64,000 bases of DNA from Nitrosopumilaceae archaeon (lineage in GTDB: Archaea; Thermoproteota; Nitrososphaeria; Nitrososphaerales; Nitrosopumilaceae), in assembly GCA_965208905.1 (NCBI GenBank), contig OZ242365.1:896001-960000 (forward strand), written 5' to 3'. The notes under the pieces were generated by a model. That model ran no database searches and was not told the DNA's origin. It was given only the letters and a program-made list of their open reading frames with translations. Shown here one piece after another: positions 40,501 to 51,257 of the stretch (its first letter is position 1; each line of letters opens with the position of its first letter). Made by a program: the position numbers and the translations under genes.

Positions 40501-42430
40501 GCCTCTTTAACTCCTGCTCCAACTCTGCTATGTGGTCTCTACACTCTGCTGCTCTCTCAAAGTTCAGACTGTCTGCACATATCTTCATTTCAGTCTCCAG
40601 CTCAATTATTCTCTTGCGTATGTCAGAGTTGGACTTTGATACGTCCACCTCTTCATGCTTGGTGGTCGCTTCCGGAATTGGCTTTGATATTGTGCGGGGT
40701 GTTATGTTGTGTTTCTTGTTGTACTGTAGTTGGCGTTCCCTCCGTCTCTGAGTCTCTTCCATGGCTTGGCGCATTGAATCGGTAACTGTATCCGCATACA
40801 TTATTACGGCACCATTGGAATTTCGGGATGCCCTTCCAAATGTCTGTATCAGACTGGTGTAGTTGCGCAGAAAACCTTCCTTGTCCGCATCTAGTATGGC
40901 AACTAAAGACACTTCGGGTATGTCTAACCCTTCCCGTAACAGGTTTATCCCCACTAGAACATCAAATTCACCAAGTCGCAACTGGCGTATTATCTCGGTT
41001 CTCTGCAGTCCTTCTATCTCAGAGTGCATGTATCGCACTTGCACACCCTTCTTTGATAGGTACTCTGCCAAGTCTTCGGCCATGCGCTTTGTAAGCGTGG
41101 TTATGAGCGTGCGCTCGGAGCGACTTACACGTACATTTATCTCCTGTATTATATCATCCATCTGGCCTTCTGTTGGTCTGACCTCTACGGGAGGATCGAC
41201 TAAACCAGTGGGTCTTACAAGTTGCTCCACCACACAGCTGGATACGTTGCGGGCGTACGAGCCTGGAGTTGCCGACACCAGCAATGTATTCTTCATGTAT
41301 GACTCAAACTCTTCAAACTTTAGTGGCCTATTGTCATAAGCACTGGGCAGTCTGAAACCATAATCTATCAACTGTTGTTTACGAGAGCGATCTCCTTTAT
41401 ACATGGCGTGCAATTGTGGTAGTGTTACGTGGCACTCGTCTATGACCAGTAGAAAGTCATCACCAAAAAAATCCAGTAGACAGAATGCTTTCTCTCCTGG
41501 TATTCGTCCATCAAAGTGTCTAGAGTAGTTCTCTATACCAGAGCAGTATCCTATCTCCTCTATCATCTCCATGTCGTACTGTGTCCGGTTCTTTAATCGC
41601 TGCCTCTCTAATTCTGGGAGTTGTTCCAACCTGTCTTCCAGCTCTTCTCTTATGGTCTTTAGGGCCTCTTCGCGCCTATCCTTGGCAGTTAGGTAGTGTT
41701 TGGCCGGATATATTGTAATCTGAGGCAACTGTGACACTTCTTTTATGGTGATGGGATTTCGTACAGATATCTTCTCTACTACATCACCAAATAATGATAT
41801 TCTTATCATGTCACTGGTGTATGCTGGACTGATATCAATCGTGTCTCCCTTTACGCGAAAGTTACCTGGCGCCACTTCAGTATCGTTCCTCTCGTAACGT
41901 GCATCCATGAGTTTGCGCACAAGCGCATCTCTTGATAGTTTCATGTTGACGTTTATGGTTATGGCCAGATCCTTCCAGTCTTGTGGATTCCCCAGTGAGT
42001 ATATGCAGGACACTGTCGCCACTATGACCGTGGGAAGTCCCGAGAGTAGCATGGCGGTGGCTTCCAGGCGCATCTTCTCTATCACATCGTTTCTCCGAGT
42101 GTCTTTTTCAATGTACGTATCTGTTTGGGCTATGTAACTCTCAGGCTGGTAGTAGTCATAGAATGATACAAAGTATCCCACATTATTATTTGGGAAAAAA
42201 TGTTTCAGCTCCGAGTATAGCTGCGCCGCCAATGTCTTGTTGTGCGATATGACAAGTGCATTTTTACCACTTCTCTCTATTACATTGGCCACGGTGAATG
42301 TTTTACCACTTCCTGTTACGCCAAGCAGTGTCTGCGTGTCGCCTTTTTTGGCACCCTGTACAAGTTTTGTAATTGCCTGTGGCTGGTCACCTGTGGGCTC
42401 AAACTCTGACTTTAGCTTGAAGCATTCCAT
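40493..42430 (-). CDS. uvrB: excinuclease ABC subunit B
   Basis: GVTGSGKT, YDYYQPE, DNRPL, GINLLREGLD. Confidence 0.97.
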   Translation of the reverse strand: MECFKLKSEFEPTGDQPQAITKLVQGAKKGDTQTLLGVTGSGKTFTVANVIERSGKNALVISHNKTLAAQLYSELKHFFPNNNVGYFVSFYDYYQPESYIAQTDTYIEKDTRRNDVIEKMRLEATAMLLSGLPTVIVATVSCIYSLGNPQDWKDLAITINVNMKLSRDALVRKLMDARYERNDTEVAPGNFRVKGDTIDISPAYTSDMIRISLFGDVVEKISVRNPITIKEVSQLPQITIYPAKHYLTAKDRREEALKTIREELEDRLEQLPELERQRLKNRTQYDMEMIEEIGYCSGIENYSRHFDGRIPGEKAFCLLDFFGDDFLLVIDECHVTLPQLHAMYKGDRSRKQQLIDYGFRLPSAYDNRPLKFEEFESYMKNTLLVSATPGSYARNVSSCVVEQLVRPTGLVDPPVEVRPTEGQMDDIIQEINVRVSRSERTLITTLTKRMAEDLAEYLSKKGVQVRYMHSEIEGLQRTEIIRQLRLGEFDVLVGINLLREGLDIPEVSLVAILDADKEGFLRNYTSLIQTFGRASRNSNGAVIMYADTVTDSMRQAMEETQRRRERQLQYNKKHNITPRTISKPIPEATTKHEEVDVSKSNSDIRKRIIELETEMKICADSLNFERAAECRDHIAELEQELKRRG

Positions 42431-42586
42431 ATCTCTTGGCGCATTTTTTCCAAAATATATCTATAGTTCTGTGTGGTTAGTGAGAAATACATTGGTGTGA
42501 CTATACAACTGTATGACTACTGTAAGATTATACTGGCGATGTGAATGATGTTTTATTTGTGGTTTTTGGAGCGACATGACCATATA

Positions 42587-45244
42587 TTATTGGTTTAATG
42601 CCTCTAGAGGTTTTTTGGCATAATTGTGTATGGTGGGCTCTTGGCAAAACTGTAGACGTATATCTTTAATTGTATCATTAGATACTTTTAGCATCTCAGA
42701 GATGGCATCATCTATCATGTGTCTGGTCTTATCTATATGCGCGTAGCAGGCAGGCAACATCGCTGATGATGATACTTGATCAAAGAATTTGGCCACCATG
42801 CACAATGTAGAGTCATCTAGTGTATCAAATCTTGGACATGGTATGTTTTTTATGGCCTTTACTTGAGCGGTAGCCCGTCCCGGTTCGCTCCGGGATGCTT
42901 GCGACCAATGTGTCATTAAACCTAATGTAGAGTTAAACCACAAGGCTGCAGCCTTTAGTATTCGTACATCGGAATGTCCTAGACCCAGCCATCCATTACC
43001 GCCCATGATTTTGTCGTTAGTGGTGGCACCCAATAGTGCGTTCACACTCCAACTCAATCTGCGGTTGTAAAATAGGGTTGTGTTGTGTTGTGTGATATTA
43101 TCTACTCTACCCATGGGAATGCCGTAGTGTGTCGGCGATATGATTAATCTATCCTGACTCTTACTAACGTTCCACAGTGAATAATGTGCATCATCCTTTG
43201 GCGTATGCCCATCATCAATTTTGCGCAGCTCAAAGGCACCCATTGGCGAGCTGCCCTTGGTGTGTCCTATTATGTGGTGCGTTGGCCCTATACAGAATAT
43301 GTCCTGTATGCGAGCCATCTGTATGTTGATGGGCATTATTGTACCATCTATCTTGCGGAACCTACCTTGTATGAGCAAGTCCGTAAATAATGCCACACCT
43401 GAATCTTTCACACCTAGAGGACTCCATGGTTGGCCGGGCTTTGCATCATATTTGTACATACTTCCTATAGTGTCACCTAGTTGTATCTGCCATGATAAGT
43501 TTGATGTGCTATTGCACGAATCTTGTATTGCTCTTGCCATCTCACCTGCTTCTGGTGGGGTGGCGGGTGCCTTGTTTAGTGTAACACAGTAGATGCTTGA
43601 TGGTCTCTCTTTTGGTTGCGGCGTCTTGGTGGCTATAAGCAGCATCTCTGTAAGGTGGGTACCATGCGAGAGTGACTTACCAGAACTGATGGTTATAGCA
43701 ATTATCTCTGTGTAGTTGTACTGTATGAACCTTCGAGTCTCTGCCCATGCCTCGGCAAATGCCGCCGTTATTGGGAGTACAAAACCAATTCGTCCATAAT
43801 CTTTTATTTTTTTGGATGCAATTATGATGAAGGTAGGTGCCATGCCTGCCACCTTCTTTGCTGGATATGTGCGTATGAGGCCTTCCCAGCGGGCCTGACA
43901 GGCACTTCGTTCGGCCTCTGTGAGATTTGCCACATCAAAGGATGCCTGCCCGTTTCGTGATCTTGAATATGGCGGATTCATCAATATGTAGTCGATGGAT
44001 TTGTCTGGTATACGGGGGATGTCTGTCTGTTCATCACCTGTATTGGGATGTTCTTGTCCTGTGATGTATTCGATTGCACCTGTCATGCCGGCGGGTCCGC
44101 CAACCCCTACATGCGTTATACCAGATGGGTTGTACCATTCATCATCTGTAAGAAGCAGTGATACGCTTGCCAAATATGTCGCCACAGGGGATATGTCTAT
44201 ACCCACCAGTCCTCCGTTTAAGGCGCCATGACGCAGCTCTGCCATGCCGCTCAAACCATAATATCTTTGATGCAGTGACCGCATGCGGCGATATCCGGCC
44301 CTCAACAGGGCTCCGGTCCCACACGTCAAATCAGCTATTTTATGTTCTCTGAAATAGTCCATATCGTGTATGGCCTCTTTTATTGTGAGACGTGTCAGCA
44401 TCTCGGCTATGGCATCCCTTGTATAGTACTCTGCAGCAGTACTTCTATCATCAGAGATGTACGGAAGCAGTGTCATACCTGCATTGATGGTGGATTTTGG
44501 AGTATCTTTTGTATTTATTATTGCATCAATTAACGGTTGTAGTGTATTATTGGTAGATGTGATGGATTCGGCGACCAACAGGTCTAGAATATCTGTAGGC
44601 GGCTTGAATATGTCAAACTGTTTTAAATTAATTATATGCTTCCAAGTTTTTAATACTGATGTAGCATCTGCAACACTGTTTAGTGGCGGTATGTCGTCTC
44701 TATATTTTGATAAGTGTTGCTGCATGAGAATTCCACTGAATAATATCAAAGATGCAGACTGTGAGGCACCTAACCATGATTTTTGTACTGTTTTTTTAAT
44801 TATATTTTTTTGGTGCTCAGTCTGCAATTTATCTGCAGAGGCACGAACGGCCCTAATTGAACTCTGAACTATCTTGTTGGTATCCCCTTCTAGTGTTGAT
44901 ATACTAGCCACCAAATTATGTATGTCTCCAGATATGAAATGTTTATCCGAGTGGGGGAGTCGGTATACGTCTTTGCCAACCTTTTGGTATATGGCGTATT
45001 GTATTATCTGGTTTGATTCTAGTCTCTCTACTATGGCATCATATGTGTTATTTTGCATATTCTGCGGAATTATAACTGATATGACCGTCTTGGTGTTGTC
45101 ATTTATGAGACTTTTGGATATGTAATTTATTTTATTATAGTCTGATGCTGTTACAATACTGCCCTTATACTCTTGAAGATCTAAATACCTCTGTAATGTA
45201 TCTGTTAGTGCCGAGTCAAATATACTCATTATATAATTATACAT
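42587..45244 (-). CDS. large N6-adenine DNA methyltransferase (type IIG-like RM protein)
   Basis: EYYT, DLTCGTGALL (motif I), ILMNPPY (motif IV), GFVLP; long C-terminal putative TRD. Confidence 0.8.
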   Translation of the reverse strand: MYNYIMSIFDSALTDTLQRYLDLQEYKGSIVTASDYNKINYISKSLINDNTKTVISVIIPQNMQNNTYDAIVERLESNQIIQYAIYQKVGKDVYRLPHSDKHFISGDIHNLVASISTLEGDTNKIVQSSIRAVRASADKLQTEHQKNIIKKTVQKSWLGASQSASLILFSGILMQQHLSKYRDDIPPLNSVADATSVLKTWKHIINLKQFDIFKPPTDILDLLVAESITSTNNTLQPLIDAIINTKDTPKSTINAGMTLLPYISDDRSTAAEYYTRDAIAEMLTRLTIKEAIHDMDYFREHKIADLTCGTGALLRAGYRRMRSLHQRYYGLSGMAELRHGALNGGLVGIDISPVATYLASVSLLLTDDEWYNPSGITHVGVGGPAGMTGAIEYITGQEHPNTGDEQTDIPRIPDKSIDYILMNPPYSRSRNGQASFDVANLTEAERSACQARWEGLIRTYPAKKVAGMAPTFIIIASKKIKDYGRIGFVLPITAAFAEAWAETRRFIQYNYTEIIAITISSGKSLSHGTHLTEMLLIATKTPQPKERPSSIYCVTLNKAPATPPEAGEMARAIQDSCNSTSNLSWQIQLGDTIGSMYKYDAKPGQPWSPLGVKDSGVALFTDLLIQGRFRKIDGTIMPINIQMARIQDIFCIGPTHHIIGHTKGSSPMGAFELRKIDDGHTPKDDAHYSLWNVSKSQDRLIISPTHYGIPMGRVDNITQHNTTLFYNRRLSWSVNALLGATTNDKIMGGNGWLGLGHSDVRILKAAALWFNSTLGLMTHWSQASRSEPGRATAQVKAIKNIPCPRFDTLDDSTLCMVAKFFDQVSSSAMLPACYAHIDKTRHMIDDAISEMLKVSNDTIKDIRLQFCQEPTIHNYAKKPLEALNQ

Positions 45245-45261
45245 GTATTACCGGATTATAA

Positions 45262-45645
45262 TTATACATCTGTATTTTGTAATAAAGCAATATTTTGTGT
45301 AGGCTCTATACTGCTTATGTTGGCGGTCAGCTCTTTCTGCTCTATCAATAAATTTACAAACCGTATACGGTGCCCTATGAACTTGTCATTGGTGCCATCT
45401 ACAAGATACGGAACCATGTCTTTGCTGTCTATCATCATGTTTACATGATCACCTTTCTTAATGGCAAAGACACCAATTCCCCAAAATAATCCTACATGAA
45501 GCGCCATAAATTTGGCTTGAATCTCTGATACTATTCCACGATATATGCTTGCTTGGTTACGACGTTGCATGATGTTTTTTTGGTCAGTACGTATGGCCCA
45601 TGATATGTGGTATGCATCACCATCAATGTATAACTCATGTATCAT
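45262..45645 (-). CDS. hypothetical protein (RNase H-like fold possible)
   Basis: LYIDG..A.F.AL..GL..DS pattern. Confidence 0.6.
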   Translation of the reverse strand: MIHELYIDGDAYHISWAIRTDQKNIMQRRNQASIYRGIVSEIQAKFMALHVGLFWGIGVFAIKKGDHVNMMIDSKDMVPYLVDGTNDKFIGHRIRFVNLLIEQKELTANISSIEPTQNIALLQNTDV

Positions 45646-45648
45646 CTT

Positions 45649-46830
45649 TTATGCACGAAGATTGATTGGCTTGTACTCGCATCCGTCAGGACCACAGTCC
45701 TTGCCCACATATACTGCCTTTGGTCTGTACAGTGCGGGCTTTGGAGCTGCCTCGGCAAACTTCTCTTCTATGACGTGTGCGGCCCACCCCGCCACGCGCG
45801 ATATGGCGAATATGGGCGTGTTCAAATCCATGGGTATGTCCAGCATGTAGTATATGGAGGCGCTGTATAAGTCCACATTGGGATATATATCCATGTTCTT
45901 TTTTCTCTTTATCTCGGCTATTGTGGCCTCTTCGACCTTCTCTGTTATGGCAAACCATGGTTGTTTAGTCTTTGCGGCCAACTGTCTTGACATGTCTTTT
46001 AGTACTTGGGCGCGCGGGTCAAATGTCTTGTATACGGCATGGCCCATTCCCATGACCCTTTGATTCGTGTCTACCCTCTCTTTAATCCATGATTCGGCTT
46101 TGTCTATGTGGTTTATCTCTAGTAGCATCTTCATCACCTCGTAGTTGGCCCCCCCATGTAACTCGCCACTGAGCGCGCCGATGGCGGCACTGGCCGCCGA
46201 GTACATGTGGGCACGTGTGGATGCAACCTGTCTTGCCGTAAAGGTGGATGCGTTAAAGGTATGCTCGGCGTGCAGTATGAGACATACATCAAATATCCTT
46301 TCAACCTCCTTGTCGGGTTTTTCACCCGACATCATGTATAGAAAGTTGGCCGCATGACTTAGTGTGGGATCCGGATCAATAATACTCATACCGTTTCGTA
46401 TGCGTTGCCAGCTGGCTATTATGGTGGGTACTTTGGCTATGAGGTTTATGGCCCTCTCGTAACTGGACTCCTTACTGGAGAACTCTTCATCGTAGTATCC
46501 GGCCAAAGCAGCCACAAAGGCCTGCAACATATCCATGGGATCTGCATCCTTACGCCAGTTTCCCATATTCTTTTGCATCTGTTTTGGTATGAATCTAGCG
46601 TTCGAGATCATGGATTTAAACTGCCTCATCTCTTTCATGGATGGTAGTCTGTCATGCAGTAAGAGATATGCTGTCTCCTCATAGTTGGAGTTCTCTGTTA
46701 AGTCTAGTATGTTATATCCGCGGTATATCAGCTTGCCTTCCATGCCATTAATGTCTGATATGCGGGTATCTGCTACCTTGATTCCCCGCAGGCCAATATT
46801 CTTAGTCTCCATCTCATTTGAATCTCCCAT
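45649..46830 (-). CDS. gltA: citrate synthase
   Basis: HAEHTFNAST, LHGGAN, GMGHAVY, YPNVD. Confidence 0.96.
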   Translation of the reverse strand: MGDSNEMETKNIGLRGIKVADTRISDINGMEGKLIYRGYNILDLTENSNYEETAYLLLHDRLPSMKEMRQFKSMISNARFIPKQMQKNMGNWRKDADPMDMLQAFVAALAGYYDEEFSSKESSYERAINLIAKVPTIIASWQRIRNGMSIIDPDPTLSHAANFLYMMSGEKPDKEVERIFDVCLILHAEHTFNASTFTARQVASTRAHMYSAASAAIGALSGELHGGANYEVMKMLLEINHIDKAESWIKERVDTNQRVMGMGHAVYKTFDPRAQVLKDMSRQLAAKTKQPWFAITEKVEEATIAEIKRKKNMDIYPNVDLYSASIYYMLDIPMDLNTPIFAISRVAGWAAHVIEEKFAEAAPKPALYRPKAVYVGKDCGPDGCEYKPINLRA

Positions 46831-47189
46831 GAATAACCATCTGTATTGGATTATATAATATTTCAGAGAATTTTTTAGGGAGGTATCAAGGTACCTAAAA
46901 TTCTACAACTTTTAGGATATGACACATGATACGCAGATGAAGCGCCTACTTGATGCTGTTTGATCTTTTTTGAGTGAATATTAGAGCGCACGCCAGTATG
47001 GCGATATGGCAAACATGGTGCATAACCGGAGATACTGACTATGAAACCAGCGAACACCCTCTGCTAAGAGTCTGGTGGGCTCTTGTATCAACCTTCTATG
47101 AAGCGTCCGATGCTACTCTCTATTTGATATTTTGTGGCATATATTTGTGGAACACAGCCGTTTAAATGGGAGATTGTAAAAGGTGCTTT

Positions 47190-48188
47190 ATGGGATCGGT
47201 GAAAAAAACCCGCTTGGTCTGTATATCACACAAAGAAGACCTGGATGGTCTTGGATCTGCTGCCTTAGTACGGCAAGCTACAGGCGCCGAGCCCATTTTG
47301 GTAGATTATGTGGGCCAAATGTCAAAACTTAAAGAGATATCTGAGGATCTTTCACTCAAAGTTTTACACATATGTGATCTGGGTTTGAGTAAGAAGAATG
47401 AGGCTGAGTTTGTAGATGTGATGGCAACACTGCGTCGTCGCCATGTGCGAGTTACATATGTGGACCATCATGATATACGGCCTGACATAGTGACCAAGCT
47501 AGCTGATATGGGTGTTAACGTGATACATAGTACTGACGAGTGCACAGCAGTGCAGGTATACCACAAATACGAGAAGAGACTACCTGAGGGTGCATCATTT
47601 ATTGCCGCATGCGCAGCCATCACTGACTATATGGACAGTAAGCCTCTGGCAGCAAAATTGCTTCAGAAGTATGATCGACAGTTCGCCCTGATAAGTGCCA
47701 CCGTCTTGACGTATAATATAGTGGGTCATCAGAAGGATACTGAATATCTACTATATCTGGTGGATCAACTAACTGAACTTAAGTTTCCACATGAAATTCC
47801 GAATGCCTATGAGAATGCCCAGCTTCAAGTGGGATATTTGGCTGATACAATGAGTCGTGTACGTCAAGGCTACAAAAAGATGCGTAATTTGGCTCACATG
47901 GAGATGACTGATACTGGTGCCAGTGGTGCAGTTAACTTTGTACTGGGATTCTCGGGCAAACCTGTGGGTGTGGCCTATAAGGAGCGTATTGAGCAGGGTG
48001 CCTACGCTATATCTATTCGAGGTGCACCTGACTTGAATGTACATTTGGGTCGTATTGTAAGCTCACTGGCCGCTGACTTTGATGGTACCGGTGGAGGTCA
48101 TGCTGTGGCGTGTGGTGCTTTAATACCAAAAAAGCAGATGAAGGTGTTTCTTCGAACCCTCAACGAAAGATTGGGCGAGTCACTCTAA
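47190..48188 (+). CDS. DHH/DHHA1 phosphoesterase
   Basis: SHKEDLDG, VDHH, GGGHAVACG. Confidence 0.9.
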   Translation: MGSVKKTRLVCISHKEDLDGLGSAALVRQATGAEPILVDYVGQMSKLKEISEDLSLKVLHICDLGLSKKNEAEFVDVMATLRRRHVRVTYVDHHDIRPDIVTKLADMGVNVIHSTDECTAVQVYHKYEKRLPEGASFIAACAAITDYMDSKPLAAKLLQKYDRQFALISATVLTYNIVGHQKDTEYLLYLVDQLTELKFPHEIPNAYENAQLQVGYLADTMSRVRQGYKKMRNLAHMEMTDTGASGAVNFVLGFSGKPVGVAYKERIEQGAYAISIRGAPDLNVHLGRIVSSLAADFDGTGGGHAVACGALIPKKQMKVFLRTLNERLGESL

Positions 48189-48304
48189 CTTGTATGGCTG
48201 GCAATTACTTCTGAACAATACTGGGGATGACCTAAATACACACACTTGGCAGAGATGTTACGCACGATCAACTTCAAAAAGTGAAACAGTTACACAAAAT
48301 TCTG

Positions 48305-48757
48305 TTAAATTTGAACTATTGCATCTATCTCAGTCATTGAGCCCAACGGCAAACTAATTGTTCCCACCGCTACTCTGGTATGTCTGCCCCTCTCGCCAAA
48401 CACACTAAATATGAGATTGGATGCTGCATCAATGACCTGTGGATGTGCTGTAAAGTCAGGGTCTGACCTTACAAATCCACTTAAGCGAATAAATTTCTGT
48501 ACCCTGTCTAGACCTACCTTCTTTTGCAACTGAGCCAGTATGTTGATGGCACACAACTTGGCGGACTCTTTTGCCATATCGATGTTGGCATCATTTACAA
48601 CCCCCTTGTATATGACGGCACCATCCTGCATGGGAACTTGACCTGAGACAAACGCTAGATTCTTTGATATTGTAACTGGTGTGTAAGCGCCGGCCGGCTG
48701 AGGAGGGTTTGGCAATGTAATGTTTAACTCCTTTAATCTCTCATCAATCATGCTCAT
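48305..48757 (-). CDS. RidA/YjgF family protein
   Basis: FVSGQVP, GRHTRVAVG..LP..EID. Confidence 0.9.
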   Translation of the reverse strand: MSMIDERLKELNITLPNPPQPAGAYTPVTISKNLAFVSGQVPMQDGAVIYKGVVNDANIDMAKESAKLCAINILAQLQKKVGLDRVQKFIRLSGFVRSDPDFTAHPQVIDAASNLIFSVFGERGRHTRVAVGTISLPLGSMTEIDAIVQI

Positions 48758-49180
48758 ACGTTATACACTGCATTAATTAGAGCTTATGTATGGTTAGCGA
48801 CTTTTCAAACAATCTACTATATTTTTACAGTTGACTAAATCTTCTAATTTTGATCCAAAATACAATTTTAACAGTACATTATGTCGTCCCAAGAAGAACT
48901 GAAACTAGTAATCAGAGATGTCCATCAGACAATGACAACAACACACATCCAAACCAATTAGACGCGTCGTACTGTATTCTGTTATGGCTGGTATTTGTCA
49001 AAAATATGTCCAAAAATACCATGTAGTTCTTTTCTCACCATCTATATTATACAATTTAGTTCAATACCAACTTTGGGCGAGGAGTCATCATATGTAACAG
49101 TGATTTATCTGACATATGGATATCTTCACATGCGACCAAAAAACTAAAGATTCAATATTATATTATATTCTACATAATAC

Positions 49181-49570
49181 GTGACCATTGCATTAGAGTC
49201 CATATTACGTGACCTGAAGAGTGATGCCACCAGATATACATTAACTCTAAATGATGTACAATATACCTTGGAGAATGTTGATGTGATACAGATTGATACT
49301 CCAGCTCGCAGACCCACTGCCCGCGGAAATGTATACTTGGAGGATAGTCGTTCGTACCGAATAAAAGCCAATATACAAAATGATGTTGTACCATGCCTAT
49401 CAGTGATGATGCTGGGACCTAGCAAAGAGTTTGGCGGTCTACATATTGTGGCCCAGACCGCATCATCTGACTCCTTTAATATACTGGGCAGTCTGTTGAA
49501 CATCATATCCGTAAAGGGTCTTGTGACGCTGAGTATTTCAATTGTAAGTTTGGAGCGTATACAAAATTAA
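49181..49570 (+). CDS. hypothetical protein
   Basis: Clean ORF; RRPTARGNVY motif. Confidence 0.65.
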   Translation: MTIALESILRDLKSDATRYTLTLNDVQYTLENVDVIQIDTPARRPTARGNVYLEDSRSYRIKANIQNDVVPCLSVMMLGPSKEFGGLHIVAQTASSDSFNILGSLLNIISVKGLVTLSISIVSLERIQN

Positions 49571-49643
49571 TAAAATTTCTGTATATTCAAAATAATTCGA
49601 TATAATAAACACTGAGAATTCTGGCCTACATATTACAGATGCT

Positions 49644-51257
49644 GGTTCCTCCCGCAAAGTCGGGTGTTGGTTGATGTGTGTTAGATGATGTTAAATACAC
49701 CATTGAACCGTACTGTATAGTGTCATCAGTAAAAAATAGCAGGGCAGTAACACGTCCATACGCAAAAAATTTGGATATGTGGCATGTGTTTGGGCATGTC
49801 AGGAAGGTGGCAGAAGTGGCGTACATTATAGCAAATAACACGGGGAAGGATACCTATGGTGTTAATGCATTGATGTATAGTACAATGCGCGATCCTGACC
49901 CCAAAGTACGTTCATCCATAACGCAGACCGCCATACGGGACGGGGTTGCCGCCCATAAAACGTACAATACGAAGACTGCGCAGGGCATGAAGGTGTCTGA
50001 GCCCGTCTTTCGTAATCCGGTTGTAAAGTTGAAAAACCAAGATTGGAGGCTGAATCCGATAGCGGGTGGATATATGGCTGTTGCAAATGTTGGCTCATCA
50101 AAATATCCACATATGATAGCAATTCCCGTCTCTTCAGATGTGGTACGCAGAATAGGACAAAATGAACTAGGTGAGTTGTGGATCACGCCAACCATATATA
50201 CGATAACATATTACAACAAAGTGCCCAAGGTTGAAAAACCCCACCCATACGGCAAGTCGGAGATTATTGAACTACTTACGGATGTGGGGTATGTGGGCGG
50301 CACACCAAAAGATGTGATTGGCGTTGATATTAATGAAAAGAACATCACCGTAGGTGATAAAAACACGATGGTACGGTTTGATCTATCTAATACCATACAG
50401 GCCATTGAGGAGGCAAAGACTGAGGATGCAAACAATACGTATACACGTATACATGATAATATCACATATGCGGCACGTACCGGAAGGCGCGTTGTACACA
50501 AGAAAGAGGAGGAGCGCAGAGAAAGGCAACAAGTCACACATGGCGGTCCCAAACTATATGGCAAACTCAAACGCAGATACAAGAAACTCAAGAGGGAGGG
50601 CAAACACAAGAAGGCCGCCGAGATAAAGTGGCAGATGAATAAATGCATATTAAACATACAGCATAACCACACAAAGTCAAAAAAGAATGATAAAAAACAC
50701 AGGGTGACTAAAGCCATGCGCCGCCACGAACACGTGCTGAACGTAATAGCATTATGTATAGCACAGTGGGCCGCACAATCCGGGTGTTTGGTTATGTTGG
50801 AGGATTTAACCCATATATCGTATAATTGGCAGAAGGGGGGAAAGTTTGGACGCAGCTTGCGTCGCAGATTATATTCTGCCATGATGCGAAAGGCATCGAA
50901 TTTAATTTATGAAAAGTCCCAATTTTTGGGAGTGGAGGCACTACATATGCGTCCACACAACACATCCAAGTTGTGTGCTGGATGTAGAACCCTACTAACT
51001 GGAACTTATCATAAAAAAGACTGCACCCACTGCCGTATGGTTGGCGTAGACCGAGACGTCAACGCAGTGGAGAACATACGGCGAACAAGCGCCGTATCCC
51101 GGTATGGTCGTAAGGTTTCGACCAGTCTGGGCGAAGTCCGTCGTGGTGTGGATGTAATACTCGATCCCACCCCACTCATACAGGGTTGCTGGAGCAACTG
51201 GGCCGACAGACTATCCCGCGTGGTGATGTGACATCACCCGACTTTGCGGGAGGAACC
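49644..51257 (+). mobile_element. TIR-bounded element carrying intact tnpB group A (no TSD)
   Basis: Perfect 23-bp TIRs at 49644-49666 and 51235-51257; flanks CAGATGCT and CGTCCGCT differ. Confidence 0.9.
49678..51231 (+). CDS. tnpB: TnpB/Cas12f-like RNA-guided endonuclease (group A)
   Basis: RuvC GVDINEKN / MLEDL / DRDVNAVENI; Zn finger CAGC..CTHC; long basic region between RuvC-I and RuvC-II. Confidence 0.88.
   Translation: MLDDVKYTIEPYCIVSSVKNSRAVTRPYAKNLDMWHVFGHVRKVAEVAYIIANNTGKDTYGVNALMYSTMRDPDPKVRSSITQTAIRDGVAAHKTYNTKTAQGMKVSEPVFRNPVVKLKNQDWRLNPIAGGYMAVANVGSSKYPHMIAIPVSSDVVRRIGQNELGELWITPTIYTITYYNKVPKVEKPHPYGKSEIIELLTDVGYVGGTPKDVIGVDINEKNITVGDKNTMVRFDLSNTIQAIEEAKTEDANNTYTRIHDNITYAARTGRRVVHKKEEERRERQQVTHGGPKLYGKLKRRYKKLKREGKHKKAAEIKWQMNKCILNIQHNHTKSKKNDKKHRVTKAMRRHEHVLNVIALCIAQWAAQSGCLVMLEDLTHISYNWQKGGKFGRSLRRRLYSAMMRKASNLIYEKSQFLGVEALHMRPHNTSKLCAGCRTLLTGTYHKKDCTHCRMVGVDRDVNAVENIRRTSAVSRYGRKVSTSLGEVRRGVDVILDPTPLIQGCWSNWADRLSRVVM

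Noticed and set aside
46870-47160. Possible decayed Mut7-C-like gene (LQLLGYDT)
   Set aside because: Only one short motif among stops; insufficient support.
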